Shown here piece after piece: positions 48,080 to 58,724 of a stretch of 64,000 bases of DNA. The first letter of the stretch is position 1, and every line of letters starts with the position of its first letter. The stretch is from assembly GCA_015485695.1 (NCBI GenBank), contig WFTB01000027.1, forward strand, positions 20,183 through 84,182. The letters are read 5' to 3'. Under the pieces are notes generated by a model, which was given only the letters and a program-made list of their open reading frames with translations, was not told where the DNA came from and did not search any database. A program made the translations under genes and the position numbers. Origin of the DNA: Patescibacteria group bacterium. GTDB taxonomy: Bacteria; Patescibacteriota; Patescibacteriia; WFTA01; S139-112.

Positions 48080-49780
48080 ATGGAAGTCTTCGTAGAAATA
48101 AGCGTTATCATAGCCATAGCCGTTGTTGTATCCGGAATATTGCATTTTTTAAAACAGCCGTTGATTATAGGTTATATATTTACGGGCATTATCGTCGGAC
48201 CGTCTTTTTTGAATTTGGTAAGCTCTTCCGACGCATTGGGGATTTTTGCGCACATAGGAATAGCGATGTTATTGTTCGCTGTCGGTTTAAGCCTTGATCC
48301 GGGAATTATAAGGCATGTCGGTAAAGTATCGTTCATAACCGGTATCGGACAGGTTGTAATGACATCGGGCGTGGGTTTTTTTATCGCATTGACTCTCGGA
48401 TTTTCAGTCATATCTTCCGTGTATATAGCGGTTGCATTGACATTCAGCAGTACCATCATAATAATGAAACTTCTTTCGGATAAGGGTGACATGGAATCCT
48501 TGTACGGAAAGATAGCGATGGGATTCCTTTTGGTTCAAGACGTAATCGTTATTTTGGTTCTTATGACCGTAAGCTCCCTTTCCGAAGGGTTTGTCTTGTC
48601 TTCGTTCGCTTTTAACTTGATAGTGAAAGGAATCGGCGTTCTGGGGCTTACTTTTGTTATCGGCTCGTATTTGATATCCAGAGTGACTTCGATAATAGCG
48701 AAATCTCAAGAATTTTTATTATTATTTTCGATAAGTTGGTGTTTGGCGTTGGCGTCTTTCACTTATTATCTCGGCTTTTCCATAGAGATAGGGGCGTTGC
48801 TCGCCGGTATCACATTGGCAGTGTCTCCGTTCAAGCATGAAATAAGCGCCAAGATGAGACCTTTGAGAGATTTTTTCATTGTCTTGTTTTTCATTCTCTT
48901 GGGGTCTCAAATGGTATTTGCCGACATAGGTCAGTATATCGTTCCTATATTGATTTTTTCCGCCTTTATACTGTTCGGAAATCCGTTGATTGTCATGGTT
49001 ATCATGGGGCTTATGGGGTATACGAAGCGAAACGGTTTTCTTGCGGGGTTAACCGTCGCTCAAATAAGCGAATTTTCTTTGATTTTTGTCGCGCTCGGGG
49101 TTACGGTCGGGCATTTGGATAGAGGAATTTTATCTCTGGTCACGGTCGTTGGACTGATAACAATCGCGGGTTCGACTTATTTGATATTGTACGCCGATAA
49201 CGTATATGCGAAATTCTCAAAATATCTGAGTGTTTTTGAGAAAAAGGGAAATAAAACAGATGACAGAAAGTATCATAAGAAAAAAACCTATAGTTGTATT
49301 TTGTTCGGGTATAACAGAGTTGGGTTTGATGTTTTAAAATCTTTCGAAAAAATAAAAAAGAAATTTTTGGTAATAGATTATGACCCGGAAGTGATATCAA
49401 ATCTTGCAAAACAAGGCGTCAGTTGCAGGTATGGTGACGCCGACGATTCGGAATTATTGGACGAAATTGATTTTTCCTCCATTAAGATGGTGGTGTCAAC
49501 AATACCTTCCTTGGAAACCAATCTTTTATTGGTTGATAAAATCAAAAAAACGAATAAGAAAATAATTTTCGTCGCCACTTCCACTCAGATAGATGACGCT
49601 TTGGCATTATATGAAGCCGGGGCTTCGTATGTTTTATTGCCTCATTTTTTGGGTGGTCACTATGTGTCGGAACTTATTAAAAAACACGGTCTTCGAGTTG
49701 GTGAATTTTCCAAAACCAGGGACAAACACATTAAATATTTACTAAAGAGAAAGGGCCCCGGTCTCAACGGAATCGAGTAA
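48080..49780 (+). CDS. CPA2-family cation:proton antiporter (Kef-type) with a C-terminal RCK/TrkA-N domain
   Basis: About 12 TM helices, then a Rossmann-like ILFGYNRVGFDVLKSF segment. Confidence 0.8.
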   Translation: MEVFVEISVIIAIAVVVSGILHFLKQPLIIGYIFTGIIVGPSFLNLVSSSDALGIFAHIGIAMLLFAVGLSLDPGIIRHVGKVSFITGIGQVVMTSGVGFFIALTLGFSVISSVYIAVALTFSSTIIIMKLLSDKGDMESLYGKIAMGFLLVQDVIVILVLMTVSSLSEGFVLSSFAFNLIVKGIGVLGLTFVIGSYLISRVTSIIAKSQEFLLLFSISWCLALASFTYYLGFSIEIGALLAGITLAVSPFKHEISAKMRPLRDFFIVLFFILLGSQMVFADIGQYIVPILIFSAFILFGNPLIVMVIMGLMGYTKRNGFLAGLTVAQISEFSLIFVALGVTVGHLDRGILSLVTVVGLITIAGSTYLILYADNVYAKFSKYLSVFEKKGNKTDDRKYHKKKTYSCILFGYNRVGFDVLKSFEKIKKKFLVIDYDPEVISNLAKQGVSCRYGDADDSELLDEIDFSSIKMVVSTIPSLETNLLLVDKIKKTNKKIIFVATSTQIDDALALYEAGASYVLLPHFLGGHYVSELIKKHGLRVGEFSKTRDKHIKYLLKRKGPGLNGIE

Positions 49781-49873
49781 ATTTGATTTTGTTAAGTTTT
49801 TTCGTATGTGTTTTTTGAGAATCGATTTTAAACAGGACGTTTAAGGCGCGCTTGCGGGGCGATAGATTGAAGT

Positions 49874-51049
49874 ATGGACAAAAACTCAACAATTCCTCTC
49901 TCGGAGAGAATGCGTCCATTGACTATCGATGATTTTTTCGGTCAGGAACGATTGATTGGCAAGGGGACGATCCTTAGAAAAGCGATAGAGAATGACACTA
50001 TTTCTTCGATGGTTCTGTGGGGACCTCCCGGGACCGGCAAGACAACTCTCGCTCACATAATAAAAGAAAGCACGGGAGCCGAATTTGCGACTTTATCCGC
50101 CACTCATGGCGGAGTTAAGGATTTTCTGTCCATTGTTGAACGCGCTGAATCGGGACTGCGCCTCGGCAAGAAAACGATTTTATTCATTGACGAGATACAC
50201 AGGTGGAACAAATCGCAACAAGACAAACTGTTGCCGTATGTTGAGCGCGGTACGATAATCCTAATCGGAGCTACGACCGAGAATCCGAGTTTTGAATTAA
50301 ACTCTGCTTTACTGTCTCGTTTGAATGTGTTTGTGTTGGAGCGGTTGGACAAAGACTCGCTCGTTAAAATTTTCAAAAGAGCTCTCCGTGCCATTGACGC
50401 GAAATTGACGGATGATGTGGTGCTGATTATAGCCGAGCAATCGAACGGAGACGCTCGATTCGGACTTAATGTTATCGACTCGCTTATAAAAAGCGGTGAC
50501 AAAATCACGACAGACAAGGTGAAATCGATATTGCAAAAACGACACTTGCCGTATGATAAAACAGGTGACGAACATTATAACCTTGTTTCGGCTTTGCATA
50601 AATCGATGCGTGGCGGAGATTCGCGAGCGTCCGTGTACTGGTTGGTTAGAATGTTGGAAGGAGGGGAGAGTCCGACTTACATAGCGAGAAGACTGATTCG
50701 ATTCGCCTCAGAAGACATCGGTATGGCGAACAATTCCGCGTTATTGCTTGCTAATTCCGTTTTTGACGCGTGTCATAAATTGGGCATGCCAGAATGCGGA
50801 GTTCACTTGGCTCATGCGGTGATGTATTTGGCAAAGAGCGATAAAAGCATATCGGCTTACAAAGCCTATGAGAGAGCTCAAAAGGAAGTGAAAGAGCACG
50901 GCGCTTTGCCGGTGCCAAAACACCTCAGAAACGCCCCGACGAAAATGATGAAGGACTTGGGATACGGAGTCGGATATAAATACACTCCCTTGGAAAATTC
51001 CGAAGAACAGCGATATATGCCCGATGAGTTACGCGAAAGCGAAGATTGA
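49874..51049 (+). CDS. rarA: Replication-associated recombination protein A (AAA+ ATPase)
   Basis: Walker A GPPGTGKTTLA, Walker B ILFIDEIHR, and a MgsA C-terminal domain. Confidence 0.85.
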   Translation: MDKNSTIPLSERMRPLTIDDFFGQERLIGKGTILRKAIENDTISSMVLWGPPGTGKTTLAHIIKESTGAEFATLSATHGGVKDFLSIVERAESGLRLGKKTILFIDEIHRWNKSQQDKLLPYVERGTIILIGATTENPSFELNSALLSRLNVFVLERLDKDSLVKIFKRALRAIDAKLTDDVVLIIAEQSNGDARFGLNVIDSLIKSGDKITTDKVKSILQKRHLPYDKTGDEHYNLVSALHKSMRGGDSRASVYWLVRMLEGGESPTYIARRLIRFASEDIGMANNSALLLANSVFDACHKLGMPECGVHLAHAVMYLAKSDKSISAYKAYERAQKEVKEHGALPVPKHLRNAPTKMMKDLGYGVGYKYTPLENSEEQRYMPDELRESED

Positions 51050-51181
51050 TAAAATTGCGACCGCGCGAATGTTTTTTTAAATTCACGATAGGCTTTTGTT
51101 TCGGTTTTTGTGTTTTGTGGTTTTTTAATTCATTGAACTGTTGTATAATGACAGAGATAAGATTTCCTTTAAATTTCACAC

Positions 51182-52312
51182 ATGGTTCAAAAACAAAAAA
51201 CCAAAACAAATAAAAAAACTCCGGAACTTAAACCTTTGGGCGGTAAGACGCAAAAAACTTCAGGTCAAACAATTTCAAAAATCAACTTTAAAACGTCCAA
51301 TCGTCCGATTTCGAGCTCAACGGAATCCAAACCAACATTGTCCGCCGGTGTTGTTTTGAGGTGCCATGGAATGGACAGGTTGGTGCTCGGCGTTTTCGTG
51401 TTTGTTTTATCTTTGGCGTTTGTAGGACAGTATACGGATTGGTATGATTTTGATTTGACCATTTTATGGCAATTTTGGCCATTGTGGCTCTTGTTTTTAT
51501 TGCTATCGGCGTACATGCATTCCAGAGCGTCCGTTGTGACGAATACAATTATGAGCCTCGCTTTTCTTGGGTCCGTCGGAATAATATGGGCGGGCAACGT
51601 GACTCCCGCTGATTTTAACATAGCAATCGCAAGAACGGTGAGCGGAAAAGGGGAACTTGTTGTCGAGAACAGGAAGTTGTCGGGATTTGATTCGATTGAA
51701 TTTAACGGAAAGGGTTTTGTGGTCATAAATCAAGGGTTGCGCGAGGAAGTTATTGTTCAGGCGGAGGATACCGTTATTAAAAACATAATAACGGCTATAA
51801 CCGATGATTCCGTTTTGACAATAGATTTCAAAAAAGAGTCTTTGTGGGAGAGAGTGGTGCCAAAACAAATTCCGAAATTTTACATTACGGTAAAAGAGTT
51901 GAGAAACATAGAGCTTTCAGGCTCGGGAGTCATAGAAAGCGGCTCTATTAATTTGCAGGATTTGACGTTGCGTTTAAGGGGTTCCGGAGAATTTGACATG
52001 AATATGAATGTTGATACCTTGGTGGTCGACGCTCTCGGGTCCGGCAGGTTGGCGCTTTCCGGAATCGCGAACAGTCAGATTGTAAATATAAACGGTTCGG
52101 TGGCTTATGACGGGCAAAGACTTGTCGGCAAAGACGGTTATATATCGATTTCCGGATCCGGCGCGGCGGTGGTTAACATATTGTCTTCTCTGAACGCCGA
52201 AATAAACGGATCCGGAGTGATAACGTATTTTGGAGAACCTGACGTTACCGAGAATATAAACGGTTCCGGAGAAGTGGTTCAGTATGATTTGGATTTATCG
52301 GTTGAATTATAA
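51182..52312 (+). CDS. DUF2807 / head-GIN-domain (putative adhesin-like beta-helix) membrane protein
   Basis: Repeated GSG-containing beta-helix repeats (GSGVIESGSINLQ..GSGEFDMNMNV..GSGRLALSG..). N-terminal basic region plus TM helices. Confidence 0.5.
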   Translation: MVQKQKTKTNKKTPELKPLGGKTQKTSGQTISKINFKTSNRPISSSTESKPTLSAGVVLRCHGMDRLVLGVFVFVLSLAFVGQYTDWYDFDLTILWQFWPLWLLFLLLSAYMHSRASVVTNTIMSLAFLGSVGIIWAGNVTPADFNIAIARTVSGKGELVVENRKLSGFDSIEFNGKGFVVINQGLREEVIVQAEDTVIKNIITAITDDSVLTIDFKKESLWERVVPKQIPKFYITVKELRNIELSGSGVIESGSINLQDLTLRLRGSGEFDMNMNVDTLVVDALGSGRLALSGIANSQIVNINGSVAYDGQRLVGKDGYISISGSGAAVVNILSSLNAEINGSGVITYFGEPDVTENINGSGEVVQYDLDLSVEL

Positions 52313-52434
52313 AAACGTCAAGAGAATACGGAATAACGAAAAAACCCGAAATGGATGATGTTTTGACGGTGAATCTTGAAAAGAGTTCGGATATTTACCA
52401 TCACCTCTTGAGTACATGATTTTATGGGAGTTAC

Positions 52435-53721
52435 ATGAACAAGAAAAAAACGGTTACGGCAACTTTTGACAGTCTTTCTTATTCCGGATACGGATCCGGA
52501 GTTACTTCCGATGGGAAGAAGGTTTACGCGTGGAACGCTTATCCCGGGGAAGTCGCGAAGGTTGATTTATTCGGATACAAAAAAGAACCGCTTAAAGGAA
52601 CCGCGGTTGAAATAATAAAACCCTCAAAATACCGAATACCTCCTCGCGAAAAACATTTTCTTATTACAAGCCCTTGGCAAACAGTATCATACGAACGAGA
52701 AATAATTTGGAAAACCATTATAGTTCGTCGCGTATGGAAAGAAGTTTCGGGTATTGATTTGGGGGACGGTTTAAAATGCGTATATGACAATTATCAATTT
52801 AACTATAGAAACAGCATTGAATTCAACACCATAGATACGGAAGAAGGGATTCGAACCGCCCTGATGAAACGCGGACGCAAAGAAGTATCAATCGTGGAAA
52901 AGTCCGCTCTAGCTTATGAGTGTGTGAATGATACCGCCGAGGATATTGTAAATCAGTTGACGTCGTTTAATGTGGAGTCGTCTGACATAAAGCGCATAAT
53001 TATACGAGCCAATAGAACTCGAGAAGTCATAGCCGGTATTTATGTTACGGACCCTGGATTCGGCTCACAATGCCAATTTACTCTCAACAAAGGACTTAAA
53101 GGGTTGCAGGTTTATTATTCCGATTCCGGAGTCTCACAGCCGGTACCGACGCAGCTTTTACAATCATACGGAGATCCTAAAATCGGCGAACTGGTAGGGA
53201 GCAAGATATTGCGTTATGGGGTTTCGGATTTTTTTCAACCCAATATTCCATTGTTCGAACGGGCTGTATCGAAAATGCGACCTTATGTTAAAGGTGAAGA
53301 TATTGTGGATTTTTACAGCGGTGTTGGAAGCATAGGGGTATCTCTATCGGATTATGTAAAAAGCGGAGTTCTGGTCGAAGAGAGCTCAAAGGCAACCGAA
53401 TGGGCGAAACGAAACATAAAAGAAAACAAAATAACTAACATGGAGGCGATTACATCATCGACTCAAGACGCCCTTGAGCATATTACGTCGGAAAAAGTTA
53501 TAGTGCTCGACCCCCCAAGAGAAGGTTTGCATGAGAGGGTCGTGCGTAAACTATCAGATGAAAAACCAAAGCGAATCATATATTTGTCTTGCAAGCCATA
53601 TACTCAAGCGAGAGATATTCGTTACTTGTTGGAATTTTATTCTTTGATATTCATTGAGCTGTATAATTTTTTCCCTCGCACTCCGCACATAGAATCTCTA
53701 TGCGTCCTGGAAAGGAAATAA
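52435..53721 (+). CDS. SAM-dependent RNA (uracil-5-)-methyltransferase (TrmA/RlmD family) with a TRAM domain
   Basis: N-terminal TRAM-like domain. DPPREG motif (VLDPPREGLHE). Confidence 0.65.
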   Translation: MNKKKTVTATFDSLSYSGYGSGVTSDGKKVYAWNAYPGEVAKVDLFGYKKEPLKGTAVEIIKPSKYRIPPREKHFLITSPWQTVSYEREIIWKTIIVRRVWKEVSGIDLGDGLKCVYDNYQFNYRNSIEFNTIDTEEGIRTALMKRGRKEVSIVEKSALAYECVNDTAEDIVNQLTSFNVESSDIKRIIIRANRTREVIAGIYVTDPGFGSQCQFTLNKGLKGLQVYYSDSGVSQPVPTQLLQSYGDPKIGELVGSKILRYGVSDFFQPNIPLFERAVSKMRPYVKGEDIVDFYSGVGSIGVSLSDYVKSGVLVEESSKATEWAKRNIKENKITNMEAITSSTQDALEHITSEKVIVLDPPREGLHERVVRKLSDEKPKRIIYLSCKPYTQARDIRYLLEFYSLIFIELYNFFPRTPHIESLCVLERK

Positions 53722-53818
53722 AGCATCATGCGGAATCCGTAAAATCTTCAGTTTTGGTATTGTTTGTATATTTTGATATACTTCACACCCGTATTTATCA
53801 GTTTTAAAACTATTTGAA

Positions 53819-55933
53819 ATGTTATTTCCAAGCTCTTCTCGAAAACTAATCGGATTGTTTGCGATTCTTGTTTTGGTTTCTTTAAGCGGTTTTTTTCTTA
53901 CAACTTCCGATATAAGATTTTTCAAAAAAATAAACACCCCTTTGATTCCCGAAAACGACAGGACATTGATTGATACGTTCAAAGACAAGAATGATTTTTT
54001 GGCGTATATCGCGAATGTCGGATATTCACGGTATGAAAATCTCGGAATTGGAGCAATTGCCATGCGCTCCGGCATGACAGTTGATGATATGACCGCGATT
54101 CGCGAGGTCGCGCCCGCTCCTACATCTCTTGAGAGCGGAGCCGTTGTCGATGGATTCGGTCCCGAGCAAATCCCATCTCGATTTTCCGAAACGAACGTTC
54201 GCGTATCCGGTATAGATGAACCCGATATCGTAAAGACGAATGGCTCCGAATTGTTCGTATCGACGCCGTATTACGGAAGAATACGACCGATGTTTTTCGA
54301 TGAGCCTGAAGTTGAGCCTTTTCTCGAAGAATCGGATTCGCAAATAAGAACAAAGGCAAATGCGGTTATGCTCGATGAGGGAATATCTCCAGTGTTAAAT
54401 CAAGGTGGCATTAAGGCGGTAAAAGCGTTTCCGCCAGGAGACCTCGCGATTGAGGGGGAAATAGATTTGTCAGGTGATTTGTTGTTGTACGAGGATACTC
54501 TGATTGTGTTTTCAAGTGACGGTGTAAGAGGATACGATATATCCGACGCTCGAAATCCGAAAGAAATTTGGGAAAATAAACTTGATTCTAAAAGCCGAAT
54601 AGTCACTTCTCGCTTATATAACGGCAAAATATACATGATAACTTCAACTTGGATTCAATACAGGCAACCATGTCCCGTAATTCCCCTTGAAGTGAACGGC
54701 GAAGATTTGGTGATTCCGTGCAATCGAATATATTATCCGACGAAAGTTGTGGCAACCGACAGTACATATACGGCAATGGTTGTAGACCCCGATACCGGTA
54801 ATGTTATAGATTCGATTTCATTTACCGGCTCGCAAGGGCAATCTGTCGTTTATATGTCAAAAAACAATATTTACATAGCCGGACAACAACAAGTGGATAT
54901 GTTGCCGTTTATGACCGGATTCTTGTCCGAAAATCCGGATATAATACCATCTTGGGTTACCGATAAGCTGAAAAAACTCATGAGCTATGATATCGGGAGA
55001 AATGCGAAGATGGCGGAATTTTCGGACATTATGGCGCAATTCCAATCTTCCCTTGATGAAGATGAAATGCTCAAACTTGAAAACGAGTTCGAAAACAGAA
55101 TGAACTCGTATTATGAGCGATTCAAGCGCGATTTGACGAAGACGATTATCGCGAAAGTGTCGATTAACGAAAAAGACGACAAGATATTTAATATGTCCGA
55201 ATACGGCACCGTGCCGGGAAGGCTTTTGAATTCATTTTCGATAGACGAATATGACGGATATTTGCGCGTCGCTACGACAATAGACGGTCAACGGATTGGA
55301 CTTGGAAGATTCGGAAGGACCGGGGAGAGCGTAAATGATTTGTATGTGCTGGACGAGAATATGAATGTTGCGGGTTCCGTTTTGGACATGGGTCGCGACG
55401 AGAGAATTTTCTCGGCTCGTTTTATCGGCGATCTTGCGTATTTGGTTACCTTTAAGCAAATCGATCCTTTTTTCGTTCTTGATTTGTCAAACCCGCGCAA
55501 ACCGAAAATAGCGGGCGAGTTAAAAATTCCGGGATTTTCTTCGTATCTGCACCCACTGAAAGAAAATACAATTCTTGGTGTCGGAAGGGAAAACTCAAAG
55601 GTAAAACTTTCGATATTTGATGTAAGCAATCCGTCAAATCCCGTTGAATCGTCCAAGTATTTGATGTCCGCCTTTTGGTCAGATGTTCAAAATACGCATC
55701 GCGCGTTTTTGCAAGATTCGAAAAACGAATTGTTTTTCATACCTGCCGGACGTTCCGGATATATATTTTCATATTCTGACGATACCATAAAACTTGAAAA
55801 AGCGATAAGTGACATAAACGCAAAACGCGCGGTGTTTATTGACGAGTACTTCTACATAATCGGAACCGACAAGATAGTTGTTGTAAGTTTGAAGGACTAT
55901 GAGAGAGTGAATGAGCTTTCTCTTAGACAATAA
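53819..55933 (+). CDS. Beta-propeller domain protein (PF09826-like), membrane-anchored
   Basis: N-terminal TM helix. IVKTNGSELFVS resembles the VKTDG..IY signature of the beta_propel family. 704 aa. Confidence 0.45.
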   Translation: MLFPSSSRKLIGLFAILVLVSLSGFFLTTSDIRFFKKINTPLIPENDRTLIDTFKDKNDFLAYIANVGYSRYENLGIGAIAMRSGMTVDDMTAIREVAPAPTSLESGAVVDGFGPEQIPSRFSETNVRVSGIDEPDIVKTNGSELFVSTPYYGRIRPMFFDEPEVEPFLEESDSQIRTKANAVMLDEGISPVLNQGGIKAVKAFPPGDLAIEGEIDLSGDLLLYEDTLIVFSSDGVRGYDISDARNPKEIWENKLDSKSRIVTSRLYNGKIYMITSTWIQYRQPCPVIPLEVNGEDLVIPCNRIYYPTKVVATDSTYTAMVVDPDTGNVIDSISFTGSQGQSVVYMSKNNIYIAGQQQVDMLPFMTGFLSENPDIIPSWVTDKLKKLMSYDIGRNAKMAEFSDIMAQFQSSLDEDEMLKLENEFENRMNSYYERFKRDLTKTIIAKVSINEKDDKIFNMSEYGTVPGRLLNSFSIDEYDGYLRVATTIDGQRIGLGRFGRTGESVNDLYVLDENMNVAGSVLDMGRDERIFSARFIGDLAYLVTFKQIDPFFVLDLSNPRKPKIAGELKIPGFSSYLHPLKENTILGVGRENSKVKLSIFDVSNPSNPVESSKYLMSAFWSDVQNTHRAFLQDSKNELFFIPAGRSGYIFSYSDDTIKLEKAISDINAKRAVFIDEYFYIIGTDKIVVVSLKDYERVNELSLRQ

Positions 55934-56061
55934 TGAGCGATGCGCTAGAATTAAAATGTTAAATATGCTATAGTCATCTTGTCTTTATATAACAAGTAAA
56001 CAGAAGAACATTCGAGTTTGTCGTGAATGAATCGCATAATCGGTGTTTTTAAAAGAAATTT

Positions 56062-57042
56062 ATGAATGCAAAATATTCTCAAGAGGGGTTTGGCAAGGTT
56101 GGCGTTTTACTCGTCGTTCTTGCGGTTATAATAGTCGGTTCAGTATGGTTTTTTCAAAACAAAAAATCCGCTTCCACTTTACCAGGTGAAGAAAAAAGCG
56201 CAACGGTTGACGGCAAAGGGGCGACGGTCGTTACGGATATAATCGAAGGAAAAGGAGATGTCGTAGAGGTCGGGAATCCGGTCATGGTTCATTATGTTGG
56301 GACTTTAGCCGATGGAACGGTATTTGATTCTTCTTACAATCGCGGAGCTCCTTTTATATTCGTCGCGGGAAGCGGGCAGGTCATAAAAGGTTGGGACGAA
56401 GGCATAATCGGTATGAGAGTCGGCGGTAAGCGTCGTCTGGAGGTTCCGTCGAGTTTGGCGTATGGGGAAGCCGGAGCGGGCGACGTGATACCCCCGAATT
56501 CAGATTTGATTTTTGAAATCGAGCTCCTTGGAATTGAGGGTAAATTGGGGCTTCCGACTGATGAGTCCGTCAAGGCGATAATGTCGGACAGCGACATGAA
56601 CACAGATTCCAAAAAGACGGATATTGCGGATGAAACCAAAGCCGAAATAGCATCTCTCGGACAAGACTCTTTTGAATATCGAGGCACCGTTATGGACGTT
56701 ACCGGACTTGAGCCGGTAAGAGGGGTGAATACCTTTGGGGCGTCTTCCGGTATAGTGTACGCCGGGTTTTCGGAAGGTAAGTACAGGCTAAATGCCATTT
56801 TCAGTTTTTTGCCAAAACCGGAAGGCGATGATTATTACGAAGGGTGGATAGTTCGAATGAATCCGCCAAGCGTTATCAGCACCGGACGCCTGGAGGAAAT
56901 CGGCTCCGGCGCGTTTTCCAACATGTATTTGTCCGAGCAAGATTTTTCGGACCACGATTTTTACGTATTAACATTGGAACCAAACGATGGAGACGCGAGT
57001 CCCGGCGGGCATGTTCTTGAAGGAAAACTTTTGAAACTTTAA
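56062..57042 (+). CDS. FKBP-type peptidyl-prolyl isomerase fused to an RskA-like C-terminal domain
   Basis: FKBP core VMVHYVGTLADGTVFDSSYNRGAPFIFVAGSGQVIKGWDEG. The C-terminus YEGWIVRMNPPSVISTGRL...YVLTLEPNDGDASPGGHVLEG resembles the anti-sigma-K RskA C-domain. Confidence 0.7.
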   Translation: MNAKYSQEGFGKVGVLLVVLAVIIVGSVWFFQNKKSASTLPGEEKSATVDGKGATVVTDIIEGKGDVVEVGNPVMVHYVGTLADGTVFDSSYNRGAPFIFVAGSGQVIKGWDEGIIGMRVGGKRRLEVPSSLAYGEAGAGDVIPPNSDLIFEIELLGIEGKLGLPTDESVKAIMSDSDMNTDSKKTDIADETKAEIASLGQDSFEYRGTVMDVTGLEPVRGVNTFGASSGIVYAGFSEGKYRLNAIFSFLPKPEGDDYYEGWIVRMNPPSVISTGRLEEIGSGAFSNMYLSEQDFSDHDFYVLTLEPNDGDASPGGHVLEGKLLKL

Positions 57043-57050
57043 CTATCGAT

Positions 57051-57851
57051 GTGTCACGTATGCACGCGTTGCGAACTCGATTCAAAAAAGACATAGTTTC
57101 GGAATTCAAAATTCCGTCGATCGCGGTCAGGCGCATGAAAAAAGACTCAAGCGGAATGCTACATGACGATAGAGCTAAGGTCATAATCTACGCGGGAGGA
57201 ATGCCGGGATTTCCAGGGTTCGGAGAGGCGCATGATTTTTTCGTCAAGAAAGGGTACTGGGTTTTCGTGCCAAGATATCGTGGAACGTGGGAGAGTGGTG
57301 GTCGATTTTTGCAAATGTCTCCGCATAAAGATTTGTTGGATGTTGTTGACGGTATCTCTCGAGGATTCAAGGATGAGTGGAGCGGTATCGAATATAAACT
57401 TACTCCAAAAAAACTTTATTTGTTCGGTTCGAGTTTTGGCGGTGCCGCCGTCCTTCTTGCCGGATCAGATAAAAGAGTGACAAAAGTGGTTGCAAGATCA
57501 CCCGTTGTAGACTGGCTTAAGATGAATGAAGGCATAGAACCGCATGATTGGTTATACGGATTTGTAAAACGCGCGTTTGGCAATGCATACAGGCTCGTGA
57601 AACGAGATTGGAACAAGTTGCAAAATGGCGTGTTTTATAATCCGATTGCCCACACGAGAAACATCGACGGCAAAAAGGTTCTAATAATACACGCTAAGGA
57701 CGATGATGTAGTCACATATAAACCGAGTGTTGTTTTCGCGCGCAAGACAGGCTCGAGTTTGTGGCTGTTGAAATCCGGAGGACATCTTTCGAGTTCGATT
57801 TTTATGAGCGTTAGGGGGTACAAAAAAATCTCAGAATTTCTGAAAAAATAA
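57051..57851 (+). CDS. Alpha/beta hydrolase (prolyl oligopeptidase/dienelactone hydrolase-like)
   Basis: GxSxG nucleophile elbow (LFGSSFGGAAV) and a downstream His region. Confidence 0.6.
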   Translation: MSRMHALRTRFKKDIVSEFKIPSIAVRRMKKDSSGMLHDDRAKVIIYAGGMPGFPGFGEAHDFFVKKGYWVFVPRYRGTWESGGRFLQMSPHKDLLDVVDGISRGFKDEWSGIEYKLTPKKLYLFGSSFGGAAVLLAGSDKRVTKVVARSPVVDWLKMNEGIEPHDWLYGFVKRAFGNAYRLVKRDWNKLQNGVFYNPIAHTRNIDGKKVLIIHAKDDDVVTYKPSVVFARKTGSSLWLLKSGGHLSSSIFMSVRGYKKISEFLKK

Positions 57852-57853
57852 AT

Positions 57854-58657
57854 ATGGCAAAATTTTCTCTGACTACATGGAATATTATGGGAAAACGACC
57901 CGGAAATTCCAGGCTACTGAAAAAAGTTTCCAATTATTTGGATAAAAATTTATCGGATGTAATATGCCTTCAAGAAAATCCGCATGCGAAAGAAATGTTC
58001 GCAAATCATTCGCCTTATCTTTCGTATAAGATTGTGCAGAGTAAAAAAAAGAACATGTTTTTTTCGAATGCGAATACGATTTTGAGCAGATTCGCCATAG
58101 TTGGAAGCGGGGAGATAAGTTTCAGGAAACGCAACAAGAACAAATTCAGGCGAATGGCGAGCGCGCTTGACAGGCACGAATGCGTGTGGGCGGATATTAA
58201 ATTTCCCGGAGTCGTGTTGAGGGTGTATAATTGCCACCTTAAACTTATGGCGACAACCGCCAAGGACCGATTGAGAGCGATTGAGAAAGTGTATAAACAC
58301 GCCAAGACGGCATCCGGACCCGTTGTGGTTTGCGGAGACATGAACACTGTCCTGTCTCACAGGAAAGGTATTGCCAGAAAGGTGATTCATTGGTTTAATG
58401 AGATAGAAGACGTATATACGCATGGAAAGTTTCAAGTGATTGATGAGAGGTACGGGTTTCGAAGATTGGCCGAAAAGTACAATATGCAAGACGTTTTAAA
58501 AATCGACAAACCAACATTTGCCATTCCTCATACGTCAATAGAGCTTTTTAAATTAAAATTGGATTGGATTCTGATTAAAAAAATGCGCTTCATTTCATCT
58601 GATTACGGTCCGTACATATCTGACCACAGGCCGATACGCGCTCTCTTTGAATTATAG
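57854..58657 (+). CDS. Endonuclease/exonuclease/phosphatase (EEP) family protein
   Basis: N-terminal DVICLQEN and C-terminal SDHRPIRALFEL EEP motifs. Confidence 0.65.
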   Translation: MAKFSLTTWNIMGKRPGNSRLLKKVSNYLDKNLSDVICLQENPHAKEMFANHSPYLSYKIVQSKKKNMFFSNANTILSRFAIVGSGEISFRKRNKNKFRRMASALDRHECVWADIKFPGVVLRVYNCHLKLMATTAKDRLRAIEKVYKHAKTASGPVVVCGDMNTVLSHRKGIARKVIHWFNEIEDVYTHGKFQVIDERYGFRRLAEKYNMQDVLKIDKPTFAIPHTSIELFKLKLDWILIKKMRFISSDYGPYISDHRPIRALFEL

Positions 58658-58724
58658 TTTTAAGGTTTTGCGAGTTTGTGTTTAAAGGTTCGTTATTTGG
58701 TTTTATAATCTATAATTTTTTGAT

